From contig JAIDTL010000156.1 of the NCBI GenBank assembly GCA_029060725.1, positions 3,657 to 67,656 of the forward strand: DNA of 64,000 bases. The letters are read 5' to 3'. Position 1 is the stretch's first letter, and each line of letters begins with the position of its first letter. Origin of the DNA: Muribaculaceae bacterium. GTDB taxonomy: Bacteria > Bacteroidota > Bacteroidia > Bacteroidales > Muribaculaceae. A model generated the notes under the pieces. It saw nothing but the letters and a program-made list of their open reading frames with translations. It was not told the origin of the DNA and did no database searches. Below are positions 19,098-28,346 of this stretch, one piece after another. The position numbers and the translations under genes are program-made.

Positions 19098-20750
19098 CTA
19101 CTTGGTGGATAGTGCGTTGAGGATGGCCTCGTATGCATCGGTGCGGGCATTGTTTTTCCAAAGGTCACCCATACCGGCGAAGATGATACCTGCGCGGTTC
19201 TCAGCCTTTACGAGACGGAAATATTCCGATACAATGAATCCATAGAATTCAGCATCAGCATTGACCACCGACAAATTATCAAGACGAATGAGTTTTCCTG
19301 AGTTTCCGAGAGCTGTGAAGAGATCCGTCACAGCTTGACGATTGGCTGCTGAAGCCTCAATATTGTTCATCGCAACAGCTATGCCGTCTATCTTAGCACC
19401 GGCATTCGTCCATGCAGCGACTTGAGAAAGCAGGCTCTGAGTCTTTTCTGCATTTCCTACAAGACCGGATTCTCCAACATAGAACTTAGCATTTCCGACA
19501 CCTCCGGCAGCAGAATATGATTTGGAGAGACAATCGGTGACAGTCTTTACATAGTTGTCGCCCATGTAATCATTGAAGAAGAACATACCGGACATATCGT
19601 TGACAATATTTCCTTCTTCATCAAGAACTGCTTCAGACTCTGTAGAACGGAGTACGTAAGGAGCAACATCACTCATCGGATTGGCTACCACAACATAATC
19701 TGATATAGACGGAGCGCAAGCGGTCATAATTGCGTCTGCCCAATTGCTGAAATTATCTGCGAGAGCAGCAGCTTTCTCAGCCTCATTCTTTTCTACATAC
19801 TTGTCAGGCACACCGGTAGTCCAACCAAACTGTATATTGTCAATAAAATAGTATGAGTTATTGACATTGGGACCGAAGCCAATGGTAATTTCAGTTGCAC
19901 TCTTGTCTGCATCAGAGATTTCTACATCAGTGATATCAAGTACAAGCTTATTCATCCAAGTTTCAAGTGGACATCCGCGCTTATCGGGGGTATCACCTGT
20001 GAAATTCTTTCGCACACCGTTTACAATAGCCACAAAATTTCTTTTTTGAGACTTGTCATCGGGACAATAAAGATCAAATACTATAGATGTAATATTTCCA
20101 ATTGTCAATCCATTGGGAAGTGCAAAAGTAAGCTCAGCATAAGAGTTCCTTGCCTTATCAGAGGATGATCCTATCTGAAGTACATTTCCATCGGCTCCCG
20201 AGGGATTGGCAGCAACAACTGCTGTACTTCCATTAGTCATAGGATAAATTTTACCTTGCGCATCATCTTCAAAATCAGTCGCCAAAATCGTACCTATCGC
20301 CAAATCACCTTTGACAAAGGTAGGAGAAATCACTTCTTCAAGATATGCCTTTGGAAGGGCGTTGTAAGCGAGCATAGCGCCTCCTGCCACTTTCGAACCG
20401 TCCTGAATAAACATATCTGTCACCGGAGTCAAAACGATATCACCATCCTCGTTCAGTATAGTCGAATATGACAGAGCATTGAGATCGGTCACCATGTCGA
20501 AATTTGTCAGAGCCACGCTATAGGTAAGTCCTTGTGAAGCATAGTCTGCAGAATTCACTGCAAGACCAAGCTTGAAGTTAGGATTTTGAGCGCGATCTAT
20601 CACACTATTGAGAGTAGCGAGAGAAGCGAGATGCTCAGCATGCTCCACACTCTCCGGTTTGTCCATCTTGAAATCACCCTCATAGCCATCGGCACATGAA
20701 GCAGCTGCTATCGCAAGTGCAGGCAGAGTGTAAATAAATATCTTTTTCAT
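19098..20750 (-). CDS. GH10-like lipoprotein with inserted CBM-like domain, probably a non-catalytic glycan-binding protein
   Basis: lipobox AAASC; PNFKLGLAV..NFDMVT, KIDGIA, GKLIRL resemble the GH10 barrel; catalytic Glu motifs not seen. Confidence 0.65.
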   Translation of the reverse strand: MKKIFIYTLPALAIAAASCADGYEGDFKMDKPESVEHAEHLASLATLNSVIDRAQNPNFKLGLAVNSADYASQGLTYSVALTNFDMVTDLNALSYSTILNEDGDIVLTPVTDMFIQDGSKVAGGAMLAYNALPKAYLEEVISPTFVKGDLAIGTILATDFEDDAQGKIYPMTNGSTAVVAANPSGADGNVLQIGSSSDKARNSYAELTFALPNGLTIGNITSIVFDLYCPDDKSQKRNFVAIVNGVRKNFTGDTPDKRGCPLETWMNKLVLDITDVEISDADKSATEITIGFGPNVNNSYYFIDNIQFGWTTGVPDKYVEKNEAEKAAALADNFSNWADAIMTACAPSISDYVVVANPMSDVAPYVLRSTESEAVLDEEGNIVNDMSGMFFFNDYMGDNYVKTVTDCLSKSYSAAGGVGNAKFYVGESGLVGNAEKTQSLLSQVAAWTNAGAKIDGIAVAMNNIEASAANRQAVTDLFTALGNSGKLIRLDNLSVVNADAEFYGFIVSEYFRLVKAENRAGIIFAGMGDLWKNNARTDAYEAILNALSTK

Positions 20751-20769
20751 ATTTCACAAAATTGAGGGG

Positions 20770-21804
20770 TTATTTTCTTTCTATTCCGAAAGTCTGAGCG
20801 CCATATACATTGCGAGTGCGGAGCACGAGGGTGTCTTTCGACTCAAACTTCATGTTCTTCTCTGGAATGTCCAAAGTGTAGTCAAGATAGATGGCATCGC
20901 GGTCTTTGCCACCAAGGCTATTCTTCTCACCCTTGCTGACAAACTTACCGACACCTGAGACTGTAGCTTCTTCGCTGGCGGAAGAGAGGGTGCACGTATT
21001 GTCGTCTGCAAACGTAAGAACAACATCTACTGTATGGTCCGTTCCGGAAGCATCCTTTACCTTTATAGGAAGAATATCCTCCTTATAAGCAGAAGTAGAA
21101 AGGTCTACGACTTCATCATTTTCCACATACTCACTATGGCGAACCAACTTAGAGCTTACACCATCAATTGTAGCATTGTCGACACCACGACGAAGATACT
21201 GACCGTGCCAAGGATTGGCATACTTCACGCCATACAGTATAAAGTGTTTGGGCTGTATCGACCAATGAGCATCATTGGTAAGAACAGGATTATCTTCCGA
21301 AGCAGTACCTGTGAGAATCCTGTCGGCACCTGATACGTCTGTCATAAGCAAAGGTATCACGTAGCAGTTTCCTACAGATTTAGGGTCGGCAAAGAATTTA
21401 TCAGTAAGATGAACTTTCACTCCACCCTTGTTGCTCCCTTTGGGAATACTGATTTTTTCAGACTCGAGAGTATAATAATCTGTAGGCATTACTTCTACAA
21501 GCTGATCGGAATCCTTGAAATAGAAACCATCCACAATTGAAGAATCTACAATATAGTCGATAAGCACATTCTTATTGTTTGAATAGCCTCCTCCCCATGC
21601 AGCGACTATGAAGGCATCGTGATTATTGTCAGCAGTCAGGTCTACGAATTCATCTGCTCCAAGTTCGAGAGTACGCATAGCATACTGATTGGCGAAGTAT
21701 ACTGTCTGGTAGTCGAAATCAGGGAACTCATTGTTCCCATTCGAGCAAGCAGCCAGGAGTGCCAAAGCAGCTATTGATGTTGGAATTAAAAAATTATGTT
21801 TCAT
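20770..21804 (-). CDS. PUL lipoprotein (BT_3987/DUF1735-like N-domain)
   Basis: lipobox LLAAC; MPTDYYTL and YVIPLLM; directly downstream of susD. Confidence 0.7.
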   Translation of the reverse strand: MKHNFLIPTSIAALALLAACSNGNNEFPDFDYQTVYFANQYAMRTLELGADEFVDLTADNNHDAFIVAAWGGGYSNNKNVLIDYIVDSSIVDGFYFKDSDQLVEVMPTDYYTLESEKISIPKGSNKGGVKVHLTDKFFADPKSVGNCYVIPLLMTDVSGADRILTGTASEDNPVLTNDAHWSIQPKHFILYGVKYANPWHGQYLRRGVDNATIDGVSSKLVRHSEYVENDEVVDLSTSAYKEDILPIKVKDASGTDHTVDVVLTFADDNTCTLSSASEEATVSGVGKFVSKGEKNSLGGKDRDAIYLDYTLDIPEKNMKFESKDTLVLRTRNVYGAQTFGIERK

Positions 21805-21819
21805 AATATTATTGCTGTA

Positions 21820-23577
21820 TTAGTGCCAGCCGTTGTTTTGCTGGAGATTGCTATATTTGAGGATTTCAGACTGAGGAATCGGTGGATATGCCATATAGTC
21901 TTCAAAATCACGCTGTTCTACATCAAAGATCCTATAAGTGCCATCAGCGTTCCACTCGATACCTTTTACAGTTTCGTTGAGGTTAAGTTTCCAACGGCGA
22001 AGATCCCAGAAACGAGAATTCTCGAAACAAAGTTCGATACGGCGTTCGTTGCGGATAAGCTCTCTCATCTTCTCCTTGGAAGCTGCACATTCTTCAAGAT
22101 ATGCATCGCCATTCGAAGCGCCTACACCTGCACGCTGACGGATAGCCTTGATCACGTCGTAGGCTGAGAATCCATTTCCACCGTCTGCCTTCGGACCGTA
22201 TGCCTCATTAGCTGCTTCAGCATAATTGAGATAAATCTCGGTGTAGCGGACACGAGGATTGTAGTGTACTTTAGTGGTTGTCAAACCTGCTGTACAGTTG
22301 ACATCCATACGAAGACGCTTCTTCATGTAATATCCTGTACGTGAAGAACGCTGCTCAACTCCTCCAATGCCGTCAGCCGTACCGGTGACAGTAGAGATGG
22401 TAGCATTGTTTACTCCCACTTTAGTACTGCCATTATAAATAATGTAAGCATAGAAGCGTGGGTCACGGTTTGCGTATGGATTTGCAGCATCATAATCCTC
22501 AGCCACACTTATAGGGTAACCACTTACTGTGGGGAATGCATCCACAAGATTCTGGGATGGATTCATGCGGCCGTTACCATTGAGACTTGGAGGAAAATTT
22601 TCAGATTCTGTACTGTTATTGTCAGCAAAATTCTCGCGCCAGATGATCTCTGCAGGGTTTATACCTTCTTTCAATTTATCTGCTATGCTTGCGGCATAAT
22701 ATTCGTATGAACCTGCTTTCACACCTGCAACGCCATTGTTCTCATTCAGCAGATCAGCAGCTGCCTTTGCAGCATCTGCCCAAGAAACTGTGTTTCCGAA
22801 ACCGTCGCTTGCTGCCAACAATGTCAGGCGGGACAGATAAGCTTGAGCGATACGTCCGCTGACGAGCTGACGGAAGTGAGCTCCCATTGTGCGGTTATAG
22901 ATAGCCACATCAGTTGTATACTGAGTGTATTTAGCCGGAACTTCTGCCAAATCCTCATAGTCAAGAGGAAGAATGTCAATAGCCTGATTCAAGTCATATT
23001 TAATCTTATCTACACAATCCTTGAAAGATGGACGCACCATTGCTGCATTCATATCATCATTGGCATCGAGATAGCTTTCCAAATAGGGGACACCAAGTAG
23101 ATTACCTGCTGCATCATATCCGGCATGAGCCTTCAGAATTTGATAGTGAAGAATTGCACGCAATCCGTATGCTTCACCACGAAGACGAAGTGCAAGCATT
23201 TTGCAACGCTCCGGATCGGAGCTCCATTCCACCTCATCGATTTTGGGAAGAACCTGATTGATATATTGAATTCCGGTATATGCTCCGCCCCATTCGTTAA
23301 TACCTGTCCAACTGGAAGCTGTCCAACCACCGGTAGCCATAGTGCGGAAACCTTCACTATTCTGGTTGACAACAGCATTATCGGTAGCATATTCAGTATT
23401 GGTGTAGTAGCCGGAAAGAGAGCTATATGCTCTGGTTAGGAAACCCATCGCGTAGTCAGGTTCCGAGTCCATCTGGCCTTGATCCTTGAAATTCTGCCTG
23501 GCAGGATCCCAGAGGTCGTCGCAGCTTGTGAACCCGAGCGAAGCTACTGCCAACAGAGTGTATAATATCTTTTTCAT
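21820..23577 (-). CDS. susD: SusD/RagB family lipoprotein
   Basis: FTSC lipobox; RDPRF, RYTEIYLNYAEA, ERRIELCFE..RFWDLRRW. Confidence 0.93.
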   Translation of the reverse strand: MKKILYTLLAVASLGFTSCDDLWDPARQNFKDQGQMDSEPDYAMGFLTRAYSSLSGYYTNTEYATDNAVVNQNSEGFRTMATGGWTASSWTGINEWGGAYTGIQYINQVLPKIDEVEWSSDPERCKMLALRLRGEAYGLRAILHYQILKAHAGYDAAGNLLGVPYLESYLDANDDMNAAMVRPSFKDCVDKIKYDLNQAIDILPLDYEDLAEVPAKYTQYTTDVAIYNRTMGAHFRQLVSGRIAQAYLSRLTLLAASDGFGNTVSWADAAKAAADLLNENNGVAGVKAGSYEYYAASIADKLKEGINPAEIIWRENFADNNSTESENFPPSLNGNGRMNPSQNLVDAFPTVSGYPISVAEDYDAANPYANRDPRFYAYIIYNGSTKVGVNNATISTVTGTADGIGGVEQRSSRTGYYMKKRLRMDVNCTAGLTTTKVHYNPRVRYTEIYLNYAEAANEAYGPKADGGNGFSAYDVIKAIRQRAGVGASNGDAYLEECAASKEKMRELIRNERRIELCFENSRFWDLRRWKLNLNETVKGIEWNADGTYRIFDVEQRDFEDYMAYPPIPQSEILKYSNLQQNNGWH

Positions 23578-23590
23578 ACTGATTCAAAAA

Positions 23591-26407
23591 TTACATATTA
23601 AGTTTGCAACCTATGTAGATAGTGCGGAACTGAGGAGCACCACCGATGTTTCTTTCCAGATGCGCACGCTCCTTAGATATAGTGAAGAGATTGTAAGCAC
23701 CTGCATAGACGCTGATACCGTTGATAAAACTGCTCTTAGGAATGATATCGTAAGTGAGCTGAAGATTGTCGAGACGGAAGCAATCACCCTTGGCAAGCCA
23801 GAAAGTTGAGTTCTGGTAGTTGTTGTCGCCATTTTCTGTAGTCAGACGTGGGAAAGTTGCTGTAGCTGCAGTCTCGGGAGTCCAACGGTTGAGCGCCATT
23901 TCAGAGAATTTGCTTGTGCCGCGAAGCCAATAGTAGCTGTCGCTCTTGTAGAATTTAGCTCCGCTGACGCCCGTGCCTGAAAGATAGAGAGTGAACTTCT
24001 TGTACTGAGCTGTAAGGTTGAGTCCGTATACGTATGGAGATGAGCTCCATCCCATTTTGCCAAGGTCAACCTGGTCTTTGGAGTCAATGACATTGTCGCC
24101 GTTGATATCCTTATACTTGAGGTCACCGGGACGGACTGTACCACCAAACGACTGCTTCGGAGAAGAAGCGATCTCAGCCTCAGACTGGAAAAATCCTTCG
24201 CATACATATCCCCAAGAAGCGTCAAGAGCATGACCCTGACGATAGAGATAGTTTTCTTCCCAAACCTCGTCACGGAGCTTAGCCTTCGAATCATAGTACA
24301 TGCCTACGAGACCAAGAGAGAACTTCCAGTCGCCGAATTCCTTATTGATGTTGACAGTATAGTCGACACCGGTACGCTCATCCTTATTGTAATTGATGTA
24401 AGGAAGGAAGTTGCCTGTGCCTGAATTATAGAACGACGGATAGATAGTGCTCGCACCCTGTGTAAGCAGGCCGTTGGTAGTTTGATTAAACCAGTTAGCA
24501 TTCACGTTGAGTAGTCCGTTAAAGAGAGTAGCGTCAAGACCTACACGGAACTCCTTGCGGGTGATAAACGAAAGTTCATCATTTGCACCACGCTTTGAAG
24601 TGGAAGTAGAACCGCCGACAGTGCCGTCAGCCCACTGATACCAACCGCTCGATGGAGAGAACTGATAGTCTGCCTTGTAAAGATACCAGTCTGTGATGTC
24701 GATGTCCTGATGGAGATTAGCAAACGAACCCATGATCTTAAGATTGTCAAGCCATGAGCGTGAACCCTCCATGAAGTTCTCATTTGCAAGATTCCATGCA
24801 ACTGAGATAGCCGGAGAGAATGCATTGCGCTTCTTTTCAGGAAGCTTGGAAGAATGCACTACAGTACCGGTCAAGTCTACATAATAACGGTGCTTGTAGT
24901 TGTAATTCACTCTAAGGCCTGCATTCAGGTTGCTCGGACGGTGATAGCCACCCTCTCCTGAGTGTCCGTCGTCAGCAGATAAATGCTGCTGATAGCCCCA
25001 ACCAAGAAGAGTCGCATTGACATTGTGAGCATCTGCAAACGAGCGGGTGTAGTCAAACTGCAAGGTTCCCATCATGGTCTGATGATATGTGGACTGGCCC
25101 ACATACTCATTTGTAGAAGACTTGTCTTCATTGATCTTGTTGAGACCAACTATCACATCCTGACCATTGAAATTTCCCCATGTCGGCTGATATACTGCAT
25201 ACGACTGTGCGTAAGCCTCAGAATAATGAGCATTGTAATCGACACTGAAAGCAGCCTTAAAAGAAAGACCTTGAGTCAGGCTTGAGAGATCAGCATTCAA
25301 ATTAAGATCGAAGAGGAACTTGCGATATTTCTGGCGAGTGTATCCGGCAGCCAAAGCTTCAGAGAAAGCATTTGTCTGGTTGGAAGTCGTACCACCAAGC
25401 AAATATTGTCCGTCTACGAGATGTGTGCTGGTGTTGACGAAGTCCTGCATGCCGGCATTATTCGGATCCATCATGCTGACCGGAAGCCAAGGAGAGAACC
25501 AGTTTGGACGCAAGGAAGAAGCGTCACCCCAGAAGTTTCCGCGTCCGCTGTAGTTATCGCTTACGATAATGGCGGCATTGGTAGTAGCAGTCAGCCACTT
25601 GACTATTGTCATATCTACATTACCGCGGACATTGAAATTGAAAGAATTCGACTTATTATGCTCGCCATATTTGATCAGGTCGTTGGTATAGTCAAGACCC
25701 AAGTTGAGATAATACTTTGTCTTCTCAGTGCCGCCATATACCTCGCCTGTGATATCTGCAGTAGTGACGAAATCACGCAGATAATCGGAGGAATAGAAAT
25801 CCATATCAGGATAGCGGTATGGATTAGCACCCATCGCTGTGTTGTAAATGGTTGCCTGGTCATAGAGCGGCGACCTGCCGTCGTTCAAGCATGCCTCATT
25901 GTAGAGGTTCATGTATGTAGCGGCATCAAGATACTTAGGATATGCCTTAGGAAGCATTGCTCCTACATTGGCACGTACGTCAATGTGCATCGGTGACTCC
26001 TGACCTCTCTTCGTAGTGATCAGCACAACGCCCTTGGCACCTTTGCTTCCGTAGAGAGCAACAGCAGTAGCATCCTTGAGAATTGAGACGCTTTCCACTT
26101 CAGAAGCCTTGACGAGAGATGCATCGCGTGGCACACCATCGACAAGTACAAGTGGACCTTGACCCCATATATTACCGTTGTAGCCTCCGACATGAGTCGA
26201 CACATCTACGAGTGCGCTGCCATTGGCGTTCTTTTTGCTCAATTCGTTGATATTGACAAACGAGGCGGCTGAAATTACGTCTCTCTTGTCGATCTTTCCG
26301 AAAGCAATATTTACCAGGCTGTCTTGCGACTCAGACTGCGCGAAAGCAGGGAAACTGCTTAGCGACAGGGCGAGCGCCGTAATGCCTATATGAAATTTAG
26401 TGTTCAT
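23591..26407 (-). CDS. susC: SusC/RagA TonB-dependent transporter (short N-terminus)
   Basis: LKDATAVALYG..GVVLITTKRG; PGDLKYKDINGD. Confidence 0.93.
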   Translation of the reverse strand: MNTKFHIGITALALSLSSFPAFAQSESQDSLVNIAFGKIDKRDVISAASFVNINELSKKNANGSALVDVSTHVGGYNGNIWGQGPLVLVDGVPRDASLVKASEVESVSILKDATAVALYGSKGAKGVVLITTKRGQESPMHIDVRANVGAMLPKAYPKYLDAATYMNLYNEACLNDGRSPLYDQATIYNTAMGANPYRYPDMDFYSSDYLRDFVTTADITGEVYGGTEKTKYYLNLGLDYTNDLIKYGEHNKSNSFNFNVRGNVDMTIVKWLTATTNAAIIVSDNYSGRGNFWGDASSLRPNWFSPWLPVSMMDPNNAGMQDFVNTSTHLVDGQYLLGGTTSNQTNAFSEALAAGYTRQKYRKFLFDLNLNADLSSLTQGLSFKAAFSVDYNAHYSEAYAQSYAVYQPTWGNFNGQDVIVGLNKINEDKSSTNEYVGQSTYHQTMMGTLQFDYTRSFADAHNVNATLLGWGYQQHLSADDGHSGEGGYHRPSNLNAGLRVNYNYKHRYYVDLTGTVVHSSKLPEKKRNAFSPAISVAWNLANENFMEGSRSWLDNLKIMGSFANLHQDIDITDWYLYKADYQFSPSSGWYQWADGTVGGSTSTSKRGANDELSFITRKEFRVGLDATLFNGLLNVNANWFNQTTNGLLTQGASTIYPSFYNSGTGNFLPYINYNKDERTGVDYTVNINKEFGDWKFSLGLVGMYYDSKAKLRDEVWEENYLYRQGHALDASWGYVCEGFFQSEAEIASSPKQSFGGTVRPGDLKYKDINGDNVIDSKDQVDLGKMGWSSSPYVYGLNLTAQYKKFTLYLSGTGVSGAKFYKSDSYYWLRGTSKFSEMALNRWTPETAATATFPRLTTENGDNNYQNSTFWLAKGDCFRLDNLQLTYDIIPKSSFINGISVYAGAYNLFTISKERAHLERNIGGAPQFRTIYIGCKLNM

Positions 26408-26440
26408 TGTTGTTTCTTGTAAAAAAGTGAGACGAATTTA

Positions 26441-28300
26441 TTACCAGCCGGGGTTCTGCTCAAAGCCTTCATAGAGGTAGGTGTCGTTCTTGTTAGGAAG
26501 TGGCAGCCAATAGTGACGATTTGTGTAATTACGTTCACGCAAAACCTCTTCACGAAGATTGAGTACCTGATTTTCAGTTGAGCCCTGAGTAAAGCCGGGA
26601 CCACGGTCAAATTGAAATCCTGTCTTAAGGGTGTATGGTCTTTGAGTCAGAAGCATCCAGCGGCGAAGATCGTGGAAACGCATTCCCTCGAATGCAAGCT
26701 CGACTGCACGCTCACGACGCACTTCACTCAGGAAGTTCTCTTTGGTGTCGGTGAATTTCGGAAGCACATGTGCTACGGTTGCCCTATCCCTGACTACATT
26801 AAGAGCGTCTTCAGCTGTTTTGGAATAGGTTGGTGCAGTCTGCTTAACTCCATATCCAACAGTTGTAGCTTCCGAATAGAGCAAGTAAACATCGGCGAGA
26901 CGCATCAATGAGAGTACGCACATCCAGTCATTTCGACAATTATCCCAATCGGTATTCTTTAGACTGAGTTTTGCATTGAATAGACCGGTGTAACATCCTT
27001 TCGAAGGATTAGCTTTCTCACGGTCAGCACCACCGGTATAAAGAGTAGCTTCAGTAAGCTTGTTTTCTCCGCACATCTCACCGTCGATTACGTACGTCTT
27101 ATAGAAACGTGGGTCACGGTTGCTCCACGGATATTCAGGATCATAACCTGACTCCTTATCCTTGACTGCTGAATCCTGAATAGGATATCCGTTAGCCATA
27201 CCGAAATAGTTGGAGTAGTTGGCAGTAGGCCAGCATTTGATGCCGGCACTCAAATGAGTCTGAGGACGGAAGTCTGTGTTCATGTTCCAGCCCCAACGAC
27301 CTCCGAAGCCATTGAGGTTCTCATGAAGAATAGCCTCTGTGCCACCGGGGACAGCCTTTGACTTATAGACAACTGTGAGATCGTTGAATTGATCTATCGG
27401 AAGAAGCGAATATCTGCCGGTCTCCTCAGTGATCTTAAGAGCTTCACCGAGGGCATCAGCAGCTCTCTTGCAGAAGTCCTCGTCATAGACAGCGTAAGCA
27501 TTGTTGCGCTCATGCGAATCCCAGTTCATAAGTGGGCTACCGCCCCATAACAGAACCTTACCTTTATATGCAAGAGCCATGATTTTGTTGGCTCGCATAT
27601 TGTTGTTACCGAGTGTAGCCTTGCCGGCTGCTGTAGCATCCCAATCTACGGGAAGCAAATCGGCGGCCTTCTGGAAATCTGCCGCACACTTTTCAGCGCA
27701 AGCTTGCCAGGTCTCACGAGGAAGCCTGATCTGCTCATCCGGTCCTATCACATGGTCGATATATGGCATTCCTCCCCACCATTCCATCACCAAGTAATGG
27801 AATAATGCACGGAAGAAATACAGCTGACCCTCTATCAGATTGCGTTCCTCCTGAGTGGCATCTACAAGCTTGTCAAGTTGGGAAAGTCCGATATTCGCCT
27901 TCCTGATGACATACCATGAGTTCATCCATAAGTTAGCGGCAATACGTTCATTGTGCTTATCACCATCTCCTCCTGTATAACAGTTTGGATAAGTATACAA
28001 TAGATTTGTATAACCCCAGAAATCACCGTAGTCAACACTGCGGGCGAAAAGACGGAGCTCCTGTGGTTCCCAATATTCTTCTTCTCCGTAGTTGAAGCAG
28101 CAATGATATTGGCTGTTTGAAATCAGAGGTATTCGTTTGTACATCTCTTCCACAAACCCCTGGAAATTCCGGAAGTTCTGGTAAGGGACCGTCTCCGCTA
28201 TATCACTGTTAGGTGCCTTATCAAGGTAATCGGTGCAGGAAGACACACCGAGTGATGCGGCAGCCACAGTCAGCATTATTATATATTTAGAAATTTTCAT
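26441..28300 (-). CDS. susD: SusD/RagB family lipoprotein
   Basis: VSSC lipobox; RDPRF, RLADVYLLYSEA, ERAVELAFEGMRFHDLRRW, QNPGW. Confidence 0.93.
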   Translation of the reverse strand: MKISKYIIMLTVAAASLGVSSCTDYLDKAPNSDIAETVPYQNFRNFQGFVEEMYKRIPLISNSQYHCCFNYGEEEYWEPQELRLFARSVDYGDFWGYTNLLYTYPNCYTGGDGDKHNERIAANLWMNSWYVIRKANIGLSQLDKLVDATQEERNLIEGQLYFFRALFHYLVMEWWGGMPYIDHVIGPDEQIRLPRETWQACAEKCAADFQKAADLLPVDWDATAAGKATLGNNNMRANKIMALAYKGKVLLWGGSPLMNWDSHERNNAYAVYDEDFCKRAADALGEALKITEETGRYSLLPIDQFNDLTVVYKSKAVPGGTEAILHENLNGFGGRWGWNMNTDFRPQTHLSAGIKCWPTANYSNYFGMANGYPIQDSAVKDKESGYDPEYPWSNRDPRFYKTYVIDGEMCGENKLTEATLYTGGADREKANPSKGCYTGLFNAKLSLKNTDWDNCRNDWMCVLSLMRLADVYLLYSEATTVGYGVKQTAPTYSKTAEDALNVVRDRATVAHVLPKFTDTKENFLSEVRRERAVELAFEGMRFHDLRRWMLLTQRPYTLKTGFQFDRGPGFTQGSTENQVLNLREEVLRERNYTNRHYWLPLPNKNDTYLYEGFEQNPGW

Positions 28301-28346
28301 ATTTTGGAATTTCTTGAATTATTTGAAAATCTTCGTTTCTCTTCGA

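Noticed and set aside
18943-19161. Short ORFs across repeats (also 5294..5575, 63497..63691)
   Set aside because: Translations of palindromes or microsatellites
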